Shown in pieces: positions 17,551 to 25,872 of a stretch of DNA of 64,000 nt. The stretch lies in contig JBGTAR010000117.1 of assembly GCA_041749815.1 (NCBI GenBank), positions 5,559-69,558 on the forward strand, read 5' to 3'. Position 1 is the stretch's first letter. Every line of letters starts with the position of its first letter. The notes under the pieces are model-generated. The model was not told the DNA's origin and made no database searches. It was given only the letters and a program-made list of their open reading frames with translations. The stretch comes from Terrimicrobiaceae bacterium (GTDB taxonomy: Bacteria; Verrucomicrobiota; Verrucomicrobiia; Chthoniobacterales; Terrimicrobiaceae). The translations under genes and the position numbers were made by a program.

Positions 17551-19620
17551 TCAGGGGGCGGGCACGAAGCTGATATCGTCCAGCACGAGGGCCGGGTTGC
17601 CGCCATTCTGACCGATCCAGACGCTGCGTATGAGGGCATTGGGGGAAGCAATTCCGAAATAGGTGGCCTGTCCCCAGCCGACTCCTCCGAAATAATACCG
17701 ACGAATCGGCAGTCCGTTGCCATCGAAGAGGATGACCAGCGGGGAGTAGTTGTCGGCATTGCTATTGATCACGACACTGAATTTGGACAGATGCCTTTGG
17801 AACGTGAGATAGACCCCACCATTAACCCCGGTGGCTGCGGTGGCGAGGAGGCCTTGCGTGCCAGAGACCATCGTTGGCGTGCCGCTGCTGCGATCCCGAA
17901 TCACATAGACCGCTTTTGTCGCATCGGGGGCACCCAACGTGTTGGTTGCCATGTCATAGCTCCGCCACTCGGCATTGACGGTACCCACTGTGGTCGAGAG
18001 CACCTTCAAACCCTTATCGGTCGAGAGCACGGGGGACGGATTTAGAACTCCTGAAGCATTCAATTGATAGGGCACCGCGCCGAACCCGGAAGAAGCCTCG
18101 AAGTCCAAGATGGTGGCCCCCTGTGCGGGCGTCATGGCGACCGAAGCCACCGGTTCAAAGGGTTCAGAACTCAGGTCGCTTCCCGAGAAGTTGAAATGGG
18201 GATTGTTCCAAGTGACGGTGGCACCTCCGGCTGGATCGATTTGGGTGCCTCCCACAACCTGCAGAACGCCTGAAAGATCCGTCACCTTCAGTCGCATGAA
18301 GCGTTTGTCGGAATTGCTGAGCGGCTGGATATCCCTTGCCACGATGGTTTCCAATCCGACCGTCGGGAAATTGTCGGTGCGGCTGATCTGATTGGCCGGT
18401 AGAAACGGATCAAATTCCGTCCAAGCGGCGCCCAAATCACTGGTCACCTCGACCACCGTGCGGACATCCGTGGCCAATTTGCTATGGACGAAAGAGAGGC
18501 TGAGATAGTCCACGTCTCCAACCGTGCTGACTCCCACAAGAGGCATGCGGGTCGGCGGGACGAGCAGCGGATTTCCACTGGCATCGTTTAAAGGAATCCC
18601 GATGGCATATTTCATGAGGTTCGGAATCCCGTCCCCGTTGGGAGCGTCCAGATTTCCGCTCAGACCGGGAATATAGACTGTCGTTCCGAAGGTAGAATAC
18701 TGCCATCCCGCAAGGGAGGTCGGCACAAATGGCATTGACGATACCACAGCACTCGGTGTTCCTGTATAAACAGGGTTTGAAGGCAGAATCCGATAATAGC
18801 GATATTCTCCGGCAGGCAAGTTAGCATCGGTGAAGGTCAGGCGAGGTGCTTCTACGGTGGCGAGCTGATAAAATGGACCGGCGGCCGATGAGGCCACCTC
18901 AACCGCATACATCGTCGCATTGGGCTCGGCATTCCAAGACAAATTAATTTCCGCGATCTTCGCTCCGGGAGTGGCAAGCACATTTGTCACAGAGCCCACC
19001 GGGGCAAAGGGATTATATCCCTGTGCCGAAGCGACTTGGGAAAACGCCGAATTGTTGCCCGGGTTGAACGCCATCACACGGTAGTAGTAGGTTGTATTGA
19101 GTTGCGGACAATTGTCCGTGTAGGAGAGGACGGGAGCAGTGACCGTGGCGATTTTTGTAAACCCTCTCCCCGCTTCCGTGGATCTTTCGATTTGGTAGGT
19201 GGTCGCGTTGCTGGCGCTGCTCCAGTTCAGAACAACTTGTCCCGAGCTTGTCCCGGTTGCCGCTGTGAGGCTTGAGATCGCGCCGACCACGGGCTCGCTT
19301 CCGGTATTGAGCGTCACACTGTCAAACTGGGCGTAGCCGAGGGGCGCGCTGCCCACCTGCCCCGAGGCGAGGATGAATCCCACATAAGCAGTTCCGGGAA
19401 TGCCTGCCTGAGTAACGGGTGAGCCAATCGCCGCCCAAGTCGATCCATTCGTAGAGGTAAAAGTCGTGGTGGTGTTGCCGCTTCGCACGATTCGCAACCA
19501 CTGTTTGACAGACATGTCAAAGGATCCGACCCAGGAAAATCCTGACTGCAGTGTGGGGGAGGAGCGGACATATCGTCCAAAGCCAAAGTCGTTCCCGATA
19601 GTCAGCATGTCCATCGCCGC
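17551..19620 (-). CDS. C-terminal part of a frameshifted giant surface protein (second half of a LamG/DUF1349-like domain, 2x FN3, DGDGIPNLMKYA-type module, domain X)
   Basis: Homology-bearing sequence starts at AAMDMLTIGNDFGFGRY... The 84 codons upstream in this frame look like out-of-frame noise. FN3-like repeats: VVLNWSSASNATTYQIERS and INLSWNAEPNATMYAVEV. The C-terminal 230 aa repeat a domain of the 11106 protein. Confidence 0.7.
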   Translation of the reverse strand, partial: AAMDMLTIGNDFGFGRYVRSSPTLQSGFSWVGSFDMSVKQWLRIVRSGNTTTTFTSTNGSTWAAIGSPVTQAGIPGTAYVGFILASGQVGSAPLGYAQFDSVTLNTGSEPVVGAISSLTAATGTSSGQVVLNWSSASNATTYQIERSTEAGRGFTKIATVTAPVLSYTDNCPQLNTTYYYRVMAFNPGNNSAFSQVASAQGYNPFAPVGSVTNVLATPGAKIAEINLSWNAEPNATMYAVEVASSAAGPFYQLATVEAPRLTFTDANLPAGEYRYYRILPSNPVYTGTPSAVVSSMPFVPTSLAGWQYSTFGTTVYIPGLSGNLDAPNGDGIPNLMKYAIGIPLNDASGNPLLVPPTRMPLVGVSTVGDVDYLSLSFVHSKLATDVRTVVEVTSDLGAAWTEFDPFLPANQISRTDNFPTVGLETIVARDIQPLSNSDKRFMRLKVTDLSGVLQVVGGTQIDPAGGATVTWNNPHFNFSGSDLSSEPFEPVASVAMTPAQGATILDFEASSGFGAVPYQLNASGVLNPSPVLSTDKGLKVLSTTVGTVNAEWRSYDMATNTLGAPDATKAVYVIRDRSSGTPTMVSGTQGLLATAATGVNGGVYLTFQRHLSKFSVVINSNADNYSPLVILFDGNGLPIRRYYFGGVGWGQATYFGIASPNALIRSVWIGQNGGNPALVLDDISFVPAP

Positions 19621-22370
19621 GCGTCCAAGCTGCCGCGCAAAGCAATTCCCGCGCAGGCGGAGTTGGCGCCGTAGATGGCATTGAGCGGGTAGTTTGTTAC
19701 CCGTGCGGAGAAAGTGAAATCTCCGGTGACCGGGCGGTAGAGAAAACGTCCGGAATCGCTGGTCTGCAGCAGCACAATCGGGCCGCTCCTCACCGCGAGG
19801 CCAAATGTGCCGTCGACTTGCTCCGCATAGCCTGCATCGCTGATCGAGCCAAACGTAGCGGAGGCCCAAGGCGAGGGCAGGGTTTGCGCGGTCGGATCAT
19901 TGACAAAGACATAAGGGTTCAACTCCCAGCCGAGGCCGAGCCCGTTGGTGGGGTTGCCAAGGTTGACCTGAAAAATCTTTGTCATCTGCTTGCCACTGGG
20001 ATTGGGCAGGGAGAGGTTGACCGGTTTGTATCCGCTTTCCCCATTGGCCCATGAGACCGTGCCAGTGGTTGTCGGGTAGTCCAGACCGGCAGTGCCCCAG
20101 ATTCCGGCGGTCGAATACGAGAGTGAAACATTCCCGGCGTCGCCATTAAAACGGTTGATCCCAAGGGAAAAGACCCCGGCATCTTTATTGACGACCCGAT
20201 AGAATCCCTGTCCATAAGCGATGCCAGGCAGGCTCTGGTCGGCACCCGCATCGGAGTAGCCGGAAGACCCGTTCGCGTTGGTCGCGCGCACCCTGTAGTT
20301 CACAATCTGGCCACTGGGTGCGGACGAATCGGTGTATGATGTGGCATTCGTACCCACGGTACCAATCTGGCTCCATAGACCGGTCGCCGCATTGTAACGC
20401 TCAATCAGAAAGCCGGTTTCATTGTCGGAATTGTCTTCCCACGTCAGCAAAAACGTCGAGCCTCCCGAGCGGCGGACGCTCAACTGGGTGGGTGCTCCCG
20501 GCGATGGAGCGGCAGCCAGGTGGGTGGTGGTGACAAACTCTCCGATGCTCTGGTTGGCGTAAGTGCCGGATGGCGTGCTCTCCATGCGAACAGCTTTCAC
20601 GAGGTAGGTGTAGGAAACGCCAGCCGTCAGGGTCGAATCGTTGTCGGTAAAGGTGAGCGTGCTGGTATTCAGGCAGGAGCCGGTGGGGTTCGCACCATTC
20701 GCCGCTGTGCCGGTGATCCGGATGAATGGACCCGCCGAGTTCATAGAGCGATAGACATGGTAGCCGCTGAGTCCGAAGTCAGTCGAGGCCTGCCAACGCA
20801 CAACAACCCCGGCACCCGAGGAGGTGGCGGTCACCCGGCTGGGCGGTGCGATGCTGTGCAAGCGCAACGTGGGATCTCCCATCAGTGCGATGTGCGTGCC
20901 GCGGTAGGGACCGCTTTGGAAGAAATCTCCCGTTCCCGCTCCGTTGTTGATAGCCTTGCGGGTGGAGTAACCAACCGTATCGCCCAGAGCCATGTGGTAC
21001 AACGGAATCTGCCCTCTCCCCGACCAGGCGCAGCTAAGACCCAAGGAACCGTTCGTTCCGGCCAAGGGGGCGCGGAGAAAGTTTTGCTCACTGTCCCAGT
21101 CTCCAAAATAGCTTCCGAAAAGCTGGGTGAAAACCGCTTTCGAGTCCTGCCTCCCAAAGTTCCACTCCGATTCGCCTACGCCATTTGCGCCATAAAAGAG
21201 CCCTCCCCCGCAGCCATAGGCGAACAGCATCGGGGTGGTGGGCAGCACCGTGAACCAATCTGCTGCGTCCATCTGCCCTGGATCACGTCCGAAGAAACCA
21301 AATCCAGAAATCCATGCGGTTTGCGCATAGTAATTGAAGTTGTCGTCCACGATCCCCCGCCGCGCCACATTGTTGAAGGGCGCTTGCACCCGCCGAAACC
21401 GGTTGTCACGTACCAAATACTGACGCAGCAGTTCGACCTCGGTCATGCCTCTCGGAACCGCGCTCATTTTCGTAAGATCCACGCGTCCGCATTGGATTTC
21501 GACATCGGATGGCAGGGTGTTCGTGTCGAATTTTCCGTCCCCAATCTTATTCACGTTGCGTTGGTCGGCGAAATTGCTCGTTCCTGTGCTGACATTAGCA
21601 TCCGTCCAGTTGCCATCCACATCGGCATAGTAGCTGTCTGCTGGCCAGGCACCACCATGATCGCCGTGACCGTCGATGGCACTGTTGCCAGAGTAAGGGA
21701 CAGGGATGCGACCGAAGAGGAGCAGTGCCCATGTGTTGCCGGGGTCGGTGTTGTAGTCGGCCTGCACAATGGCGCGGATATTCTGCTGCTCCGCGATGCG
21801 GGCGGCCCAGACCGAACTGTCATTGTTGCTCGGATCGACGGTCTCGCGCGGCACGTCATGGCGCAGGACGACCCACCCATCCGCCACCAGATTTTTCTCG
21901 AGCTGTTGGATTTCTGCCGAGAGCGGCGCAACCATGGTCTGGTCCACGAGCAGGATGACCTTGCCGCGGCTCTCGACCAACGGAACATTGTGCCCCGCCA
22001 CGATACCGCCGATGGAGCTAAAGCTTTGGGGGGACATGGAGTATTCGTAAGCCACACCCGGCTGCGCGGTCATGTCGGCGTAGGTGTAGATCCCACTCGG
22101 AAGATTGACGGGCGCCTCCCAGACCGTCGCACCTTTCACGCGGCGATAAATCTGCGTCGGCAGGGTCGGCTGCTTGTTAGTCCAATTGAGCGTGATGCAA
22201 GGAGCCGTGGCACTCGTCGTCGCGGTCGTCTCCATTACGTTGCTGCGCGAATCCGCCAGCAGTGGCCGGAGCGGAGCAAGGCACAGAAGCATGCCCAATG
22301 CCGCAGGCGTCCATTTGCGGACGAAAAGTGGTGGTAGTGCAAAGGCAGTCGCGGGCGAGGGACTTTTCAT
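19602..22370 (-). CDS. N-terminal part of the giant surface protein (signal peptide, gingipain-like-topology region, 2x FN3, Calx-beta-like, first half of a LamG/DUF1349-like domain)
   Basis: N-terminal hydrophobic signal. FN3-like VVVRWQASTDFGLSGYHVYRS and LLTWEDNSDNETGFLIERY. Calx-beta-like NVSLSYSTAGIWGTAGLDYPTTTGTVSWANGESGYKPVNL. It ends 6 codons after GDFTFSARV...AGIALRGSLDA, in the middle of a domain. Confidence 0.7.
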   Translation of the reverse strand: MKSPSPATAFALPPLFVRKWTPAALGMLLCLAPLRPLLADSRSNVMETTATTSATAPCITLNWTNKQPTLPTQIYRRVKGATVWEAPVNLPSGIYTYADMTAQPGVAYEYSMSPQSFSSIGGIVAGHNVPLVESRGKVILLVDQTMVAPLSAEIQQLEKNLVADGWVVLRHDVPRETVDPSNNDSSVWAARIAEQQNIRAIVQADYNTDPGNTWALLLFGRIPVPYSGNSAIDGHGDHGGAWPADSYYADVDGNWTDANVSTGTSNFADQRNVNKIGDGKFDTNTLPSDVEIQCGRVDLTKMSAVPRGMTEVELLRQYLVRDNRFRRVQAPFNNVARRGIVDDNFNYYAQTAWISGFGFFGRDPGQMDAADWFTVLPTTPMLFAYGCGGGLFYGANGVGESEWNFGRQDSKAVFTQLFGSYFGDWDSEQNFLRAPLAGTNGSLGLSCAWSGRGQIPLYHMALGDTVGYSTRKAINNGAGTGDFFQSGPYRGTHIALMGDPTLRLHSIAPPSRVTATSSGAGVVVRWQASTDFGLSGYHVYRSMNSAGPFIRITGTAANGANPTGSCLNTSTLTFTDNDSTLTAGVSYTYLVKAVRMESTPSGTYANQSIGEFVTTTHLAAAPSPGAPTQLSVRRSGGSTFLLTWEDNSDNETGFLIERYNAATGLWSQIGTVGTNATSYTDSSAPSGQIVNYRVRATNANGSSGYSDAGADQSLPGIAYGQGFYRVVNKDAGVFSLGINRFNGDAGNVSLSYSTAGIWGTAGLDYPTTTGTVSWANGESGYKPVNLSLPNPSGKQMTKIFQVNLGNPTNGLGLGWELNPYVFVNDPTAQTLPSPWASATFGSISDAGYAEQVDGTFGLAVRSGPIVLLQTSDSGRFLYRPVTGDFTFSARVTNYPLNAIYGANSACAGIALRGSLDARRWTC

Positions 22371-22806
22371 TTTCGTTAAGGGGAGTGAATTTGTGGGGAA
22401 CGGGAGATGGAGTCAGCGTCTCAAAGAGGAATTTCGCGTATATTAAGCATTAAATAAGTAAATTAATAGGCCCTTAACATCGCACACACAAGAAATTTCT
22501 CAAAAAATAAAGAGTTGGATACCGCCGGTTCGAAGCTCTCGTTAAGGACTATCCGCCTCGCACGAGCGTTTTTACCAAGGTCTGGATTCCTGCGCGATCA
22601 GAGATGGCAGTCAGGAGCAAAGTGCTCCACCGGGAAACGGCAACGACTTCCTGAAACGACAATGGCTGACCGTGGCGAGGCGTGGTCTGGGTTGTCCAGT
22701 GGACAGAGATGCCCCAGGTACGGCTTTGAAGCTCGGGGATGACCGGTGTGACATGCTGGAGCCGGATGTTGAAATCTCTTGAATGGGATGTTTCGGGGAA
22801 ACTTAA

Positions 22807-24372
22807 TTAATCCTTCTTGTCGCCCGTCCGATTTTTTTCCAGCGCCTTGCGGATCACCTTGGCGCGGTCGGTGATGTAATTGACCGGCGTTGGGGCCGGT
22901 TCGGCACCAGCCCACGGGATTTCGTCGTGTTCGAGGCTCCATCCATTGAACTCGCGGAAGGCGTGATACGTCCACGACCAGCCCCTCTCTTCAAATATCT
23001 CAATCGTGTCGTTGAGCCATTTTACAGCATCTTCCTTCGGGGCCCAGCGGACGACGCTGAACTCTCCCACATAGATGGGAACGCGCCATTTTTCGGCGAA
23101 CTCCACTGTCGGCGCAATCGCCTTCAGGTGTTGCTCCTGGTCGAAATAGACTCCCTTGATTTCCGACGGATAATGCACGACGCCCTTTTGGCCCACATCC
23201 GTCTGATCCAGCCCGCCCACGAATTCGAGTCCCTGGCTGGTGAACTCGGCCGGGTAGTAGGTATGCACGGTATAGATAACGCGCGTGTCCGGGAGAGGCA
23301 CCAATCCATCGTAGCCGCGGTCGAGGGCTCCGGGTCCGGGCGAGAACACGATCCACACATCGGGATCGATATTACGAATGGCTTTCAGCAACTTGACGGC
23401 CAGCGGATACCATTGCTTCGGTGCCCAGGGCAACTGCGAGCGGTCGAGCGGTTCGTTGTAGAGGTCGTATCCCCAAATCGTCTTTCCATAAGGCTTGAGT
23501 CGCTTGGCAATATCCGTCCACACCCGCAGAAAACTGCTTTCGAGTTCGGGGTGACGCCATAGCTCCGGTTGATCCAACTGCGACTTTTCCATGATTTCCT
23601 CAATCGGTGGGGCATGGAGATCGATGATGAGTTTAATGCCATATTTCTCGGCATTTTTCACCGCCTGCTCGATGTCGTCGAGGATGAGCGGCCAGGCTTC
23701 CCAGAGGGGTTTCTGATGACGCTTGGCCAGATCGACTGGCGAGAACTGCAGCCGCGCGGCATTGGCTCCCCATTCCGCCATGTCGCGGAAGGTCCCCTCA
23801 CCCCAATCCCCGCCAAGCATGAATCCCCGCACAATCGGCGGCGTGGGACGGGATTTTCCCAACTCCTCGGGAGTCGGTGTCCTTGGCTGATCCAGATTCG
23901 CAAGCGGGGACGACTCGATCTTCATCCACCGCAACTCTGCCCATTGGCCGGGGTTTGGAATCCATGCGCAGAGGAACCTCGAGTCATCGGAGGCGGCGGG
24001 AATCGTAAAATCCACATAGTCCGTGAATGGCTCTTTCGCATTCAAAACAAGATGCACCTCCGGATTTTCGTCGAGGTTTCGGAAAATTAAGAGCTGCACG
24101 TCTCCCTGGGCGCGCCCATAGAGAACATAACGTCCGGGCTTGAGACGAATAGGCTTATAGATTTTGGCATCCCACTCGTTGGCCGTGAGGATGATCCCCT
24201 CTTTTCCCTGCGACCACTCAATCGAGGACGTTGAAGACCAGTTGTCGATTTCCTTTGGCTTGGAAAAATCGAATGTCTCGGAGGTATTGATGCGCTGAGT
24301 CTTTGCCGGCGCGGCCATGAGCGTGCAGAGGGCGGGGAGGAGGAGAGCAAGGAGGATGTGCGTGGCTTTCAT
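22807..24372 (-). CDS. Secreted GH5 glycoside hydrolase with an N-terminal CBM-like domain
   Basis: Signal peptide MKATHILLALLLPALCTLMA. LYNEPLD (acid/base), PIYVGEFSVVRWAPK (nucleophile) and VHTYYPAEF. Paralog of the C-terminal 480 aa of the 11106 protein. Confidence 0.85.
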   Translation of the reverse strand: MKATHILLALLLPALCTLMAAPAKTQRINTSETFDFSKPKEIDNWSSTSSIEWSQGKEGIILTANEWDAKIYKPIRLKPGRYVLYGRAQGDVQLLIFRNLDENPEVHLVLNAKEPFTDYVDFTIPAASDDSRFLCAWIPNPGQWAELRWMKIESSPLANLDQPRTPTPEELGKSRPTPPIVRGFMLGGDWGEGTFRDMAEWGANAARLQFSPVDLAKRHQKPLWEAWPLILDDIEQAVKNAEKYGIKLIIDLHAPPIEEIMEKSQLDQPELWRHPELESSFLRVWTDIAKRLKPYGKTIWGYDLYNEPLDRSQLPWAPKQWYPLAVKLLKAIRNIDPDVWIVFSPGPGALDRGYDGLVPLPDTRVIYTVHTYYPAEFTSQGLEFVGGLDQTDVGQKGVVHYPSEIKGVYFDQEQHLKAIAPTVEFAEKWRVPIYVGEFSVVRWAPKEDAVKWLNDTIEIFEERGWSWTYHAFREFNGWSLEHDEIPWAGAEPAPTPVNYITDRAKVIRKALEKNRTGDKKD

Positions 24373-24523
24373 GAGGGAGAACGTTCAGGAATTCCGGGGG
24401 AGAGGAAATTACCAAGGGAGTTGACACCCCGCAATGGCAATCAGGGAATGGAGAGGCGGCATCTTGCCGCTTGCCACCTTTGCAAAAAGCGGCGGGACGC
24501 CACGCCTCTTCCACACTGCCACA

Positions 24524-24570
24524 CCAAAAAAACAGCGCACTGCAAAGGCCGAGCCTTGGCGAGTGCGCTG
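24524..24570 (-). terminator. Rho-independent terminator downstream of the PEP-CTERM gene
   Basis: Perfect 9-bp stem: cagcgcact (24533-24541) pairs with agtgcgctg (24562-24570). The loop contains an inner aaggc/gcctt pairing. An A-run at 24525-24532 on the plus strand becomes a U-run after the stem on the minus strand. Confidence 0.8.
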
Positions 24571-24585
24571 CGGATTCGATGGATG

Positions 24586-25446
24586 TTAAGCGCGGGTGTT
24601 CGCTTTGCGACGACGGAAGGCCAGCACGCCAGCGCCGATTGCGAGAAGTGCGAAGGCCGAGGGTTCCGGGACGACATCGGCAAAAGACGTGCCGACTGCG
24701 AAAGAGTCAAAATTGGCTTCGAAAGTTCCCAGATTCACGCCATCCAGTGTGAAGCGATCAAAGGCGGATGGACCATCGGCAATTCCTAATTGCGACGCGG
24801 TAGCCATCCCCGGCGTAGCTGACGATGGGTTCAGATACAAATTGACCCCGTCATATTTGCCGGTCACGTCATTCCAGATGTATTCGCCTACGAGCATCAC
24901 TAGTTGGCCATCTGCAGCAGTAGTGGATGAAATTGCATTTGTGCCAATAACCCCGCCTAATCCTGCTGCATAGTTGCCTGCACTGATTCCAAGATAAGGA
25001 GTGTTTGAGCCGAAAATCCCGCCGCTATTCAGACCGAACGTCAATGTCGGGTTTGCCGAAGCTGTAACCATAGAGAATACCACGCTGAAAAAGATGTCCT
25101 GGCCAGTGATAACCGAGTCAAAGCTTCTGGACAAGAGATAGTTGAACGCATCACCATTGGTGGTTGTCAGGTTCACCGAATTCGCTCCACCGTTTTTGAC
25201 AATGGAACCCGAACTGTAATTTAGCCCGCCGGAAACCACGTTTAAGGTTGTATCCGCGAGAGGCACAGAGCTGTAAGTCCCTGAAAGCCCCAGATCGCCG
25301 CTGCCACTCTGTCCGGCAAGTGCATTTCCCGCCGTATACCCCGTGTCAAAATTCGATTGGACAAGGAGAGTTGCATGGGCGGAGGGGAGGGAGGCCGCTG
25401 CGAGAATTCCGACAGCGATCATCAATGGAGTGGGACGGATTTTCAT
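24586..25446 (-). CDS. PEP-CTERM-anchored secreted protein with a LamG-like domain
   Basis: Signal peptide. The C-terminal VPEPSAFALLAIGAGVLAFRRRKA is the PEP motif, a TM helix and a basic tail. The body is homologous to the N-terminal module of the 11106 protein. Confidence 0.85.
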   Translation of the reverse strand: MKIRPTPLMIAVGILAAASLPSAHATLLVQSNFDTGYTAGNALAGQSGSGDLGLSGTYSSVPLADTTLNVVSGGLNYSSGSIVKNGGANSVNLTTTNGDAFNYLLSRSFDSVITGQDIFFSVVFSMVTASANPTLTFGLNSGGIFGSNTPYLGISAGNYAAGLGGVIGTNAISSTTAADGQLVMLVGEYIWNDVTGKYDGVNLYLNPSSATPGMATASQLGIADGPSAFDRFTLDGVNLGTFEANFDSFAVGTSFADVVPEPSAFALLAIGAGVLAFRRRKANTRA

Positions 25447-25872
25447 GGTGTGTTGGTTTTTTAGGTGGTTTTTTTGATTCCTCTACCTGCTTTTGAAATG
25501 AAGGCTGAGGGGGATATTTAGTTGTTTAATTGGTTATTAAATTTTCGGCAAGAACTTTTTTGAAATAAATTGGGATGGAGCCCCTCGGAGTCCGAACGTT
25601 GCAGAGAGCAGAGAGAACAGGCGTCTGGCTCCACTTCGCTCCGGTTGCCTTTCCTGGCCCCCCATCGAGTTTTCTGTCTTAAAAGATAAATAAACGATTG
25701 AAAAAAAATAAACGGCACGTCAAGGCAAGGTGGAAAACACGAGATGGGTTTCCCATTCTGCTGCGCCTCGAGAGACTTTCTTAGGCAAGGAAAGGTGAAG
25801 CTATTTCTCCCTGGGAAGTCGAATGGATTTCCACTTCCGTTGTCGAGCGCGGCAAGCCAGGTATTCGCAGTT

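Noticed and set aside
19602-19625. Programmed ribosomal frameshift joining the two giant-protein ORFs.
   Set aside because: I see no slippery heptamer (X XXY YYZ) and no obvious downstream stimulatory structure. The junction lies in a GCGCGGCG run, which is typical of indel errors or mutations. I kept it as a frameshift/pseudogene finding instead.
19621-19869. The first 83 codons of ORF 17551-19869 as a genuine N-terminus (MGLRYVWLDQRCRLCG...).
   Set aside because: The region overlaps the 3' end of ORF 19602-22370, where the other frame carries clear domain homology. This frame is Arg/Cys-rich noise until AAMDML.
20520-22337. 605-aa plus-strand ORF. Similar long antisense ORFs are 601-1452(-), 2201-2932(-), 16528-17544(+), 27100-28149(-), 29941-30723(-), 31989-32609(+), 51161-51931(+) and 53520-54218(+).
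   Set aside because: All lie fully antisense to genes with clear family motifs. They are rich in Arg, Gly and Pro, as expected for shadow frames in GC-rich coding DNA, and show no recognisable motifs.
22510-22590. tRNA-like GGTTCGAAG T-loop string at 22527-22535.
   Set aside because: The flanking bases do not form a T-stem (gccgg versus ctctc). I could not fold an acceptor or anticodon arm.
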